Source: Coleofasciculaceae cyanobacterium CTOTU46601
GTDB taxonomy: Bacteria; Cyanobacteriota; Cyanobacteriia; Cyanobacteriales; Coleofasciculaceae
Assembly: GCA_031970155.1 (NCBI GenBank)
Contig: DALYIW010000006.1
Span: 5,527-69,526 of the forward strand
Direction: 5' to 3'
Length of the DNA stretch: 64,000 nucleotides
Numbering within the stretch: position 1 is the stretch's first letter; each line of letters opens with the position of its first letter. Below, piece after piece: positions 56,557 through 64,000 of this stretch. Below the pieces are notes generated by a model. It did no database searches. It was not told the DNA's origin and saw only the letters and a list, made by a program, of their open reading frames with translations. Made by a program: the position numbers and the translations under genes.

Positions 56557-57588
56557 ATGATGAATTTACCACCGCCCGATCCGCGCTCGTCTCGTATCGG
56601 TCTTGATGAGGTGATCGGCATTATAGTTGCCTTCACCACTATCGGCACGATCTTAGTTGTATCACTGGGTCAAAAGGATAAGGTATTCAACTTCAACCGA
56701 TTGCTCAACCCTTCACCTACTGATAGGGCGACAAAGACAACAACAGAGGCAGTACCAGTAGTGCCTTTACCCGCAGTAACACCGAAGGCGGCGATTTCTC
56801 CCACACCAGAAGCGATCGCTCCGACTCCATCTCCATCACCCGATACGTTGTTACCAATAGCACCAGTGGCACCAGCCACACCAACTACACCACCTGTTAC
56901 CCAGAAGAGTGTACCCACTACTCCCCCCGTAGTTCTAGTGCCATCAGCTCCAAAACCTGATGTACTTACCGAAAAAAGTCCCGCGACAACTGTTCAACCC
57001 GTAAAGTTTTCGGATGTTCCTGAAAACTTATGGGCTCGTCCTTACATTGACGCTCTGGCAACGCAGGGAATCCTGAATGGCTTTCGAGATGGTACTTTTA
57101 AGCCCAACAGCTCCATTACTCGGGCAGAATTTGCTACCTTATTGCAGAAAGCTTTTCAGCAAGAACCGAAATCTAAGGGGTCGAACTTTCAGGATGTATC
57201 GGCTAAATTTTGGGCATCGCCAGCTATTCAGGAAGCTGTCAAGACAGGTTTTATGCGGGGATATCCCAACAATGTTTTTCGACCTAACCAAAAGATACCC
57301 AGAGTGCAGGTCTTAGTAGCTCTTGTCAATGGGTTAAAGCTGACTTCTACCCCTGCTTCCAAGGAGACTCTAAAGACTTACCAGGATGCTGCTCAGATCC
57401 CTAAGTACGCAACAGGACAGGTAAGTGCCGCTACAAAAGCTGGTCTTGTGGTTAATTACCCAAATCCTAAGTTATTAAATCCGAATCGAAATGCCACTCG
57501 TGCTGAGGTTGTGGCCTTAGTTTATCAAGCTTTGGTGAAAGCTGGTAAAGCAGAAGCGATTCCTTCTAAATACGTTGTCAAGCCTTGA
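56557..57588 (+). CDS. SLH-domain (S-layer homology) cell-envelope protein with an N-terminal TM helix and a Pro/Thr-rich spacer
   Basis: There are three SLH repeats: FSDVPENLWARPYIDALATQGILNGF, FQDVSAKFWASPAIQEAVKTGFMRGY and YQDAAQIPKYATGQVSAATKAGLV. Confidence 0.85.
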   Translation: MMNLPPPDPRSSRIGLDEVIGIIVAFTTIGTILVVSLGQKDKVFNFNRLLNPSPTDRATKTTTEAVPVVPLPAVTPKAAISPTPEAIAPTPSPSPDTLLPIAPVAPATPTTPPVTQKSVPTTPPVVLVPSAPKPDVLTEKSPATTVQPVKFSDVPENLWARPYIDALATQGILNGFRDGTFKPNSSITRAEFATLLQKAFQQEPKSKGSNFQDVSAKFWASPAIQEAVKTGFMRGYPNNVFRPNQKIPRVQVLVALVNGLKLTSTPASKETLKTYQDAAQIPKYATGQVSAATKAGLVVNYPNPKLLNPNRNATRAEVVALVYQALVKAGKAEAIPSKYVVKP

Positions 57589-57611
57589 CCGAAAAGTAGA
57601 TATAGAAATAG

Positions 57612-57636
57612 GGGGAGTGTTGAGAAGCATCTCCCC
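57612..57636. terminator. Hairpin between the convergent SLH gene and curT (possible shared terminator)
   Basis: The structure is ggggag-tgttgagaagcat-ctcccc. Confidence 0.35.
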
Positions 57637-57671
57637 ATACTTGCTGCTCTCAAGCTTTTTACCTGTCTGAG

Positions 57672-58094
57672 TTATTCTTTGCCTACTACTTGTCCTTTGA
57701 GCGCTTTAAACTCATCATTTAGCTCTTGGCGTGTCTCTACTTTGAGCAAGTAGCGGTAGACAAACCAGGCCGTGTAGCCAATCCCTACCAGCTCAAACGT
57801 AGGTGCCAATAGTGGAATGTCATTGATGGCATCCAGTACTGCCAGTGTCACCTTAACGGTAACAACGCCTGACAGAAGCAGCCCCACGGTGATTAAAGGT
57901 TTTTGATAATCTTGGAAGAAGCCGCCCACATAATCGGGCAATTGGGACAAAAAGTCAGTAACGGGTTGCACCCATTCTTGCCACGGCTGGTCTGTTGATG
58001 ACTTAGGAGCAGAAGTGATCGTTATTGCACCAGGCTGTTCAGCATTGATAACTTCTTTGAACTCTTCTTTTTCTGATTGTTGTATGGGTTCCAT
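57672..58094 (-). CDS. curT: CAAD-domain protein (CURT1 homologue, thylakoid curvature protein CurT)
   Basis: There are two TM helices followed by an amphipathic tail: LLSGVVTVKVTLAVLDAINDIPLLAPTFELVGIGYTAWFVYRYLL. Confidence 0.75.
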   Translation of the reverse strand: MEPIQQSEKEEFKEVINAEQPGAITITSAPKSSTDQPWQEWVQPVTDFLSQLPDYVGGFFQDYQKPLITVGLLLSGVVTVKVTLAVLDAINDIPLLAPTFELVGIGYTAWFVYRYLLKVETRQELNDEFKALKGQVVGKE

Positions 58095-58323
58095 ATTTCC
58101 TCCACCATTACCTTAAGTAGGATATTTGATCGTTTGGGCGAGGCAGCTGGGTATAAATACAGGCTGACTGACTTTTGCCCATATTACCAAAAGTTTTCCA
58201 ATGAAATGAGCAGTTATCCGGAACCGATATTACCAAATAACTTGAGTTCAAAATCATACAAGGGTGGGGAAGATAGAGAAGGTAAACCAGAACTTACTCC
58301 TCCATCTCCCTCGTTTCCTCTTC

Positions 58324-59403
58324 TTAGCTATGCATCGCTGAACTTTGCTCGTGGTAGCTGATGACTTTGGCGTAGTCTCCTAGAGCATAGCAAGCGACCC
58401 TGAGACTTGCTAGCGCCTGCTTTTCGACTCTCTGGTCAGGGATGGCTCGTGCAACACTCAACCGTTGCTCATAGTATTTAATGGCTTGGGCGTAATCTCC
58501 GATCGCGTCATAGGCAAATCCCAAGCTACCCAGGGCTTGTTCTTCTAATCGGCGATCGCCCAGTTTCTGAGCAGTCAATAGCCGTTGCTGACTATACTCA
58601 ATGGCCTGAGAATAATCTCCTAGTGCGTAGCAGACGTTACAGATATTTCTGAGAATCTGTCCTTCTAGGCGAACATCTGCTAGTTCCTGTGCGATCGCGA
58701 GGCGCTGCTTGTAATACTCAATCGCTTTCTCATATTCACCTAGGGCGTAGCAAGCATTAGCGAGATTTCTCAGAATCTGCTCCTGTGTCTGGCGGTCACT
58801 CAAGGTCTGTGCCAGCTTCAAACTCTGCTGCTGATATGCCATTGCACGTCGCACGTCGCCCATAGCCTTATGTGCCAGTCCGAGATTGTTTAAGGCAGCA
58901 ACTTCTCCTGGTCGGTCTTGGAGTTGCCGCATTAAGGTCAGGCTTTTTTTACTCTGCTCGATCGCTAATACATAGTCACCCAAGTGACGATAAGTATTTC
59001 CCAAAATTCCTAGTACTTGCCCCTCTAGAGACTGGTCTTTGATCTCTTGTGCGATCGCTAAGCCTCTAAGCGCGTACTCAATTGCTTTTTGGAAGTTTCC
59101 TAACGAATAAGCCGTCAGCGCCAAACTGCCCAGCGCTTTTCCTGCACCCCGTTGGTTTTGCCGTTCTGTATAGAGGTTCAGTGCCTTGTTAAAAAACTGG
59201 TTGGCTGCCTCAAATTGAGAGGTTTTTTGCTGTTCAATACCTTGTTTGAGTAGCTGCTCTGCTTCCCCTACCGTAAGTGGCACTATCTGAGCTGGCGCTT
59301 TATCTTGGCTACTGTTATCTTGCCGAGGAACCACAGTTTGATGAACTCCTCCTGCCATACGACATTTGTGTGTGTCGTCATAGCACTGCAACTGGCTTTT
59401 CAT
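58324..59403 (-). CDS. Tetratricopeptide repeat protein (about 7 TPR_12-type repeats)
   Basis: The pattern LG(D/N)Y..AIEY..Q.L.IAQE..D...E recurs throughout. Confidence 0.85.
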   Translation of the reverse strand: MKSQLQCYDDTHKCRMAGGVHQTVVPRQDNSSQDKAPAQIVPLTVGEAEQLLKQGIEQQKTSQFEAANQFFNKALNLYTERQNQRGAGKALGSLALTAYSLGNFQKAIEYALRGLAIAQEIKDQSLEGQVLGILGNTYRHLGDYVLAIEQSKKSLTLMRQLQDRPGEVAALNNLGLAHKAMGDVRRAMAYQQQSLKLAQTLSDRQTQEQILRNLANACYALGEYEKAIEYYKQRLAIAQELADVRLEGQILRNICNVCYALGDYSQAIEYSQQRLLTAQKLGDRRLEEQALGSLGFAYDAIGDYAQAIKYYEQRLSVARAIPDQRVEKQALASLRVACYALGDYAKVISYHEQSSAMHS

Positions 59404-59663
59404 AATTGCCTCTCAAAATCTTGAGGTGTCAGGCTGTGTTCTTAAATTAGCTGCCAAGGATTCTGTTTTTAGTGCCCTATTTTTTTAGAGCATCGTAGCT
59501 ATGAAGCAATTTTTTTCCCTGGCTTCCTCTTCGCCAGTAGCTGTCTGTCAATTACTGCCAACAGCCACACACCCTGAAATAATTAGATCGGCCTTTGTAG
59601 AGGATTGATTGTTAGTTCTTCAAAACTATAACATTATGGACGACACTTCTATAAGTCACTACC

Positions 59664-60536
59664 CTAAAAGTTAGCCAGAACTACTTCACTGTGCTGTGCA
59701 GTTGCTGAGTATGAAATAGGTTCAGTGCAGTAGACTTCGCAAGAGTTATTAGGACTTTCGATTAATTTCACTTTGTGGAGTTGGGCCCCCAATTCCTGGA
59801 TAGGCTGTTGCAACAAATGACGAATATGGATAGCAATATTTTCAGCGGTAGGAATAACCTTGGCAAAGTAAGGAATGTCTTTGTTAAGAAACGTATGGTC
59901 AAACGGTTCAACCACATAATCTTCGACAACTTTTTGCAAAGCTCCTAGATCAACAATCATGCCAGTGCGCGGGTCAACTTCACCCTTGACAGTTACGTCC
60001 AAGTGATAGTTGTGTCCGTGACCATTTGGACGAGCACATTTCCCGTAAATTTCACTGTTTTGTTCGTAACTAAGGTCGGGATGAGCCAGCCGATGAGCTG
60101 AGCTAAAGTGGGTGCTGATAGTGAGAAATGCTTCCATACCGTTTCCTTGATAGTTAGCCCAAAGTTCTGGATGTTCAAATAGCTGAATCTCTACGAGGGG
60201 CAAATGAGGTGCTAATCGCTGCCAAATCACTCGTGCAATGTTTTCGGTAGTCGGTAGAGTTTGTTGAAATTCTGGCCAGATGTCGTTGAGATAACTATAG
60301 TCCAGTTGACTGGTGACTTCTTGTTTAATCACCTGCTTTACTTCAGACAAGTTTTGCACCATGCCATACTCATCTAGATCACCCGCAAGAGATACAAATA
60401 GGACGTAGTTGTGTCCGTGTCCGGGAAAGCGGGAACCGAGTCCAAATTGCTGAATGTTCTCGGCTTCGCTCAGCTCTGGTAACCAGTATCGGTGACTTGC
60501 TGAGAACTGAGAGCGGCGGTTAATGATGCAATTCAT
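59664..60536 (-). CDS. Tandem-domain 6-pyruvoyl-tetrahydropterin / 6-carboxytetrahydropterin synthase (PTPS/QueD) family protein
   Basis: There are two PTPS halves, each with GHGHNY. The first reads SRFPGHGHNY and the second CARPNGHGHNY. The start is set at Met6 of track ORF 59664-60551. Confidence 0.8.
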   Translation of the reverse strand: MNCIINRRSQFSASHRYWLPELSEAENIQQFGLGSRFPGHGHNYVLFVSLAGDLDEYGMVQNLSEVKQVIKQEVTSQLDYSYLNDIWPEFQQTLPTTENIARVIWQRLAPHLPLVEIQLFEHPELWANYQGNGMEAFLTISTHFSSAHRLAHPDLSYEQNSEIYGKCARPNGHGHNYHLDVTVKGEVDPRTGMIVDLGALQKVVEDYVVEPFDHTFLNKDIPYFAKVIPTAENIAIHIRHLLQQPIQELGAQLHKVKLIESPNNSCEVYCTEPISYSATAQHSEVVLANF

Positions 60537-60706
60537 TGTTTCTGCAATCAATTAGAAAGTGTAAAGTTCCGTAAACTCTAACTTTTTCTAAGGATAACCG
60601 AATTTTGATCAAAAGGTTGAAAGTTGGAAGGTTGAAAGTTGAAAAAACCTGTAAACCTGCAAGCTACTAATTTTTCAGCATCTAAATCTTCTAATATTCG
60701 AGCTTG

Positions 60707-60868
60707 CTAGCTTGAAAATAGGGAGTAGGAAGTCGAGAGTAGGGAGTCGGGGAAGAGAATTTTCATTCTTTCGTTGTGAACGCTACTCATGGTGCCTGTC
60801 TTGAAAACAGAGAGTTGGGAGTAGAGGAAGAAAGATTTTCATTTCGACAGTTGTGAGCATTCGCTTAT
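60707..60868 (+). repeat. Two tandem copies of the composite repeat (heptamer array plus module)
   Basis: The first copy is gctagcttgaaaatagggagtaggaagtcgagagtagggagtcggggaagagaattttcattctttcgttgtgaacgctactcatggtgcc. The second is tgtcttgaaaacagagagttgggagtagaggaagaaagattttcatttcgacagttgtgagcattcgcttatggtgcctaacc. Confidence 0.8.
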
Positions 60869-60904
60869 GGTGCCTAACCTGTAAACTGGCCAATTTTCAA
60901 CTTG

Positions 60905-61615
60905 TTAGGCAAAATCTTTGACTGCATCTTGAGCCTCATAACGAAGACGATTAGCAATTCGGAAGAGTTCTTGACCTGTGTGCAGGTAGTGGTCATCATA
61001 GTTGAGGGTGAAAAGTTTTAACTCTTCTATGCCATCTCCTAACTGATTGAGGCAGTAGTAAAGGCTTGCTGCAGCACCAGCAACAGTAGAAGGATTAGGT
61101 TGAGAACGAAATGTTAGCTGAGCCTGATTGAGATAGTGATAACAGTCTTCTAGGTAAGCCTGGAATTCTGTCATAAGTTCGTCATCAAAGGGATCAGCGG
61201 AAAGTTCATCAAGTTGGGCTTTGAGAGGATTAAGGATGCAATTGATCAAGCGGTTGACAGGTCTATAGACATGCTGCAACCAGTCGCTGAGCTGTGCATC
61301 GGCATCTTGTGAGGTTCGCCGATGACGCTGGTAATGTTGTTGGGCACGAGCTGTACGCTGCTGGCGATTCTGTTGCTCTGGTTGAGGTAGTGGCGATCGC
61401 GAAAAGCGCAATTGTCGGTCGTAAGACCGACGGCGGTTAGGGTCACCTAGTACTTCGTAGGCGGCATTTAGCTGAATAATTTTCTCGGTGTCAGCGGTTT
61501 CACACTGACTATCTGGATGAAATAGTTTAGCTAGCCGCCGATAAGCTTGCTTAATTTCTATTGTTGTAGCCTTAGGACTGACATCCAGGGTTTCGTAGTG
61601 ATTGGAGTCTAACAT
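60905..61615 (-). CDS. J-domain (DnaJ-like) protein with a non-DnaJ C-terminal region
   Basis: YETLDVSPKATTIEIKQAYRRLAKLFHPD carries the HPD motif. Confidence 0.85.
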   Translation of the reverse strand: MLDSNHYETLDVSPKATTIEIKQAYRRLAKLFHPDSQCETADTEKIIQLNAAYEVLGDPNRRRSYDRQLRFSRSPLPQPEQQNRQQRTARAQQHYQRHRRTSQDADAQLSDWLQHVYRPVNRLINCILNPLKAQLDELSADPFDDELMTEFQAYLEDCYHYLNQAQLTFRSQPNPSTVAGAAASLYYCLNQLGDGIEELKLFTLNYDDHYLHTGQELFRIANRLRYEAQDAVKDFA

Positions 61616-62009
61616 TTGATTGTTTCTAGAGATTTCAAGGATTAAATCTCCCCGTAAGAACCTACCGCCATAACGAAGGATGATCGCTCACAACCGTTAA
61701 GTCAGGCTTACGCCTCGCTTCGCTAACAGCGTTAACTCGGACTGGAATTTTGGGGAGCGGTTGATTGCGTATTACCCAACCAATCAGCACTACTCCCCAT
61801 CCTAAGTAGGATGAGGAGGTATATTGTTTTGTGTTGGAGGTTACTCTTGAGGTGGCAGGTTTTCCAGTTGTTAGCCGTAGGTGTTTCCGTTCCCCGGATG
61901 GTAAGTTAGAAGGTTACTGTCTCTCTTTGAGCCTTTAACTTATGCTACGTCCTCACGCTGAGCTCCGATACGGCGCTAACAACTTTTAACGTTTAACACT
62001 GTTTGCTCG

Positions 62010-62972
62010 TTAACCCAAAACCGCTTCCAGTCGTGGTTCTGGGTCTTGAAACAGGGGAGTGCTTAAGTAGCGTTCCCCAAAGCTTGGCTGAATCATCACA
62101 ATCAGGCGTCCCTCATTCTCAGGACGTTGGGCGACTTGAATAGCAGCGTAGAGAGCAGCTCCAGTAGAAATGCCAGAAAGCAGTCCTTCTTCTCGGGCAA
62201 GACGACGACCATAAGCGATCGCATCATCATCGGTGACAGCAATCACCTCGTCAATTAGTTCAACTTTCAGGACTTGGGGAATGAAACCAGCACCGATGCC
62301 TTGGATTTTATGTGCTCCTGGACGACCTCCCGAAAGGATGGGGCTGTTAGCTGGTTCAACTGCGATCGTGCGGAAACTTGGTTTCCGTTGTTTGATCACT
62401 TCAGCTACACCAGTAATCGTTCCACCCGTCCCTACTCCAGCTACTAGGAAGTCCACCTGTCCTTCGGTATCCTCCCAAATTTCTTCAGCGGTTGTCTCCC
62501 GATGAATTTTGGGATTAGATGGATTATTGAACTGTTGCAACATGTAAGCATTCGGTGTCGTAGCGACAATTTCCTGCGCCCGTTGAATAGAGCCACCCAT
62601 TCCCTGAATTCCTGGCGTCAGTTCCAGCTTGGCACCATAAGCTCGCAACATAGACCGACGCTCTGTACTCATCGTGTCTGGCATCGTTAAAATGAGTTGA
62701 TAGCCTTTGGCAGCTGCTGCCATTGCCAGAGCAATCCCAGTGTTTCCAGAAGTCGGCTCTACCAAAATTGTTTTTCCAGGGCTAATCAGTCCCTGATGTT
62801 CGGCCGCATTGATCATGCTATAGCCGATGCGGTCTTTAACCGATGCCGCCGGATTCATTCCCTCCAATTTCACCACAATGCGAGCTAAACAGCCTTCCGC
62901 TTGGGGGATGCGGTTCAACTGTACCAAAGGCGTCTGACCGATGAGTTCTGTAATATCTTGGGCAATCCTCAT
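62010..62972 (-). CDS. cysK: Cysteine synthase A (O-acetylserine sulfhydrylase)
   Basis: The motifs are [11 protein letters not shown] (PLP Lys), [10 protein letters not shown] and [10 protein letters not shown]. Confidence 0.93.
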   Translation of the reverse strand: MRIAQDITELIGQTPLVQLNRIPQAEGCLARIVVKLEGMNPAASVKDRIGYSMINAAEHQGLISPGKTILVEPTSGNTGIALAMAAAAKGYQLILTMPDTMSTERRSMLRAYGAKLELTPGIQGMGGSIQRAQEIVATTPNAYMLQQFNNPSNPKIHRETTAEEIWEDTEGQVDFLVAGVGTGGTITGVAEVIKQRKPSFRTIAVEPANSPILSGGRPGAHKIQGIGAGFIPQVLKVELIDEVIAVTDDDAIAYGRRLAREEGLLSGISTGAALYAAIQVAQRPENEGRLIVMIQPSFGERYLSTPLFQDPEPRLEAVLG

Positions 62973-63422
62973 GATTTTAAAAAAGTTGTTAGTTATCAGT
63001 TGTTAGGAATTAGCTTTTGGAATAAGAGGCTGTCCCCAAGCATTAATTCCGGCGTATCCCACCTACTCCATTTATAGCCTGCCAGTCTAACCACTTTGGA
63101 TAGAATGTTTAGTAAGGTTTTTAGTTACAAGTTACTAACGTTCCACACTTACACAGATGAGTTCTAAGTGACAGAACTTTTTTAGCTGCACTGCCGCTAT
63201 TTGAATAGGTGAGAGGTGTGCTGAGGCATAACAGCAACTACTAAGTAGATGGGCATAAATAAACCTAACTTGTTCTTTCCTATGCCCCATGTCCTCAAGC
63301 TTCGCTCCAGCAGACCTAGCCCTACGAGTGATTTAATTTCACCCACTTACTTATTTTTCCATACACCTTTCCCAGATGCTGCAACTATTAGACAAACTGC
63401 AACCCAGCGGCATCCGTCTTTC

Positions 63423-63860
63423 CTAGATGTAATACATGATGTCTAGCTGACGTCTGGCATCTCGCTTCTCACGTAAATCTTGGAGTGTGTATGAGCGCAA
63501 GACATCGTGAGCGCGATCGTGGACTTCCTGCCAAACTTCTCCAATTACAGCACTTTCCACTGAATTGGGTGAAGTATTACTCTGAGACGCTTTTGAGTCT
63601 GAACCTTCTAGGCAGTTGATGACATCTAGAAGCGTAATTTTCCAGGGTTCCCGCCCCAGGACATAGCCCCCCTTTGCACCACGCTGGCTACGCACTAGAG
63701 CGCCACGCCTCAATGTTGCTAACAGCTGTTCTAGATACCGATCAGGGATGTTTTGCTGAGCCGCAATCTGCCGGATTTGCAGTGGCTCCCCTTCGTTGTA
63801 ATAACTTGTTAGTTCCAACAGGGCTAGAAGCGCATACTCTGTCTTGCAAGAAAGTTCCAC
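63423..63860 (-). CDS. Rrf2-family transcriptional regulator
   Basis: The motifs are LSCKTEYALLALLELT, IRQIAAQQNIPDRYLEQLLATLRRGALVRSQRGAKGGY. The GTG at 63858-63860 gives the canonical Rrf2 N-terminus. The track ORF extends to 63974. Confidence 0.8.
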   Translation of the reverse strand: MELSCKTEYALLALLELTSYYNEGEPLQIRQIAAQQNIPDRYLEQLLATLRRGALVRSQRGAKGGYVLGREPWKITLLDVINCLEGSDSKASQSNTSPNSVESAVIGEVWQEVHDRAHDVLRSYTLQDLREKRDARRQLDIMYYI

Positions 63861-64000
63861 AGGTGAGATGTCAGTGTGAAGGTCTACCTCTCCAGTATAC
63901 TCCGGTTCCCCACTGGTGTTTTCAGGGTTGGGATCATGAAATAAAAAAGCCTCGACAGAAGCGAGGCTAGACAATCAACCTATGATTTTTTCCTAGCTAT

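Noticed and set aside
60476-60486. An apparent extra base. My hand translation of the printed sequence across the line break reads ctggt/taacc, whereas the track protein ...HRYWLPELSE... needs ctggtaacc. That would mean a frameshift in the tandem PTPS gene.
   Set aside because: The ORF track gives one continuous 295-aa ORF of the correct length. Track coordinates agree with the printed sequence at 59664, 60178, 60905 and 61615. I attribute the discrepancy to my own reading, not to a real frameshift or pseudogene. It should be re-checked computationally.

Overview
Chromosomal segment of a filamentous, probably heterocyst-forming (Nostocales-type) cyanobacterium. The taxon call is an inference. 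It rests on dozens of HIP1 octamers (GCGATCGC), many tandem heptamer (STRR-like) arrays, GGACTTACGC-ended MITEs, an ndhA-ndhI-ndhG-ndhE operon, a CurT/CAAD protein and HetZ-family genes.

Most of the window is housekeeping: larC, a YciO-like protein, tsaB, aqpZ, leuC/leuD, the ndh operon, gltA, sixA, alr, ispD, cysK and an aminotransferase.

Between these lie signalling modules. One is a 1246-aa hybrid kinase, then REC-GGDEF, then REC-PAS-class III cyclase. A second is a 751-aa hybrid kinase followed by REC-cyclase-TPR.

There are two HetZ-family paralogues. One is followed by a PilB/GspE-like protein that has no ATPase core.

Two stretches look AT-richer and accessory. One carries GNAT, MAPEG and serpin genes. 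The other is a gene-poor 3-kb stretch with csbD and two tandem small paralogues, each accompanied by a conserved stem-loop element.

I recognised no rRNA, tRNA, CRISPR array, transposase, integrase or reverse transcriptase.

The most unusual signals are:
- the duplicated small-gene plus stem-loop module
- the HetZ-like / ATPase-less PilB-like pair
- a composite repeat of a heptamer array plus a conserved ~60-nt module, present in about 8 copies
- an in-frame repeat insertion inside a kinase ATPase domain
- a putative double-glycine leader peptide
- an antitoxin-like gene next to a PD-(D/E)xK nuclease-like gene
- a methyltransferase wedged between leuC and leuD
- paired operator-like palindromes between an ArsR-type regulator and an OYE reductase

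All functional calls come from motif recognition by eye. No database search was run.
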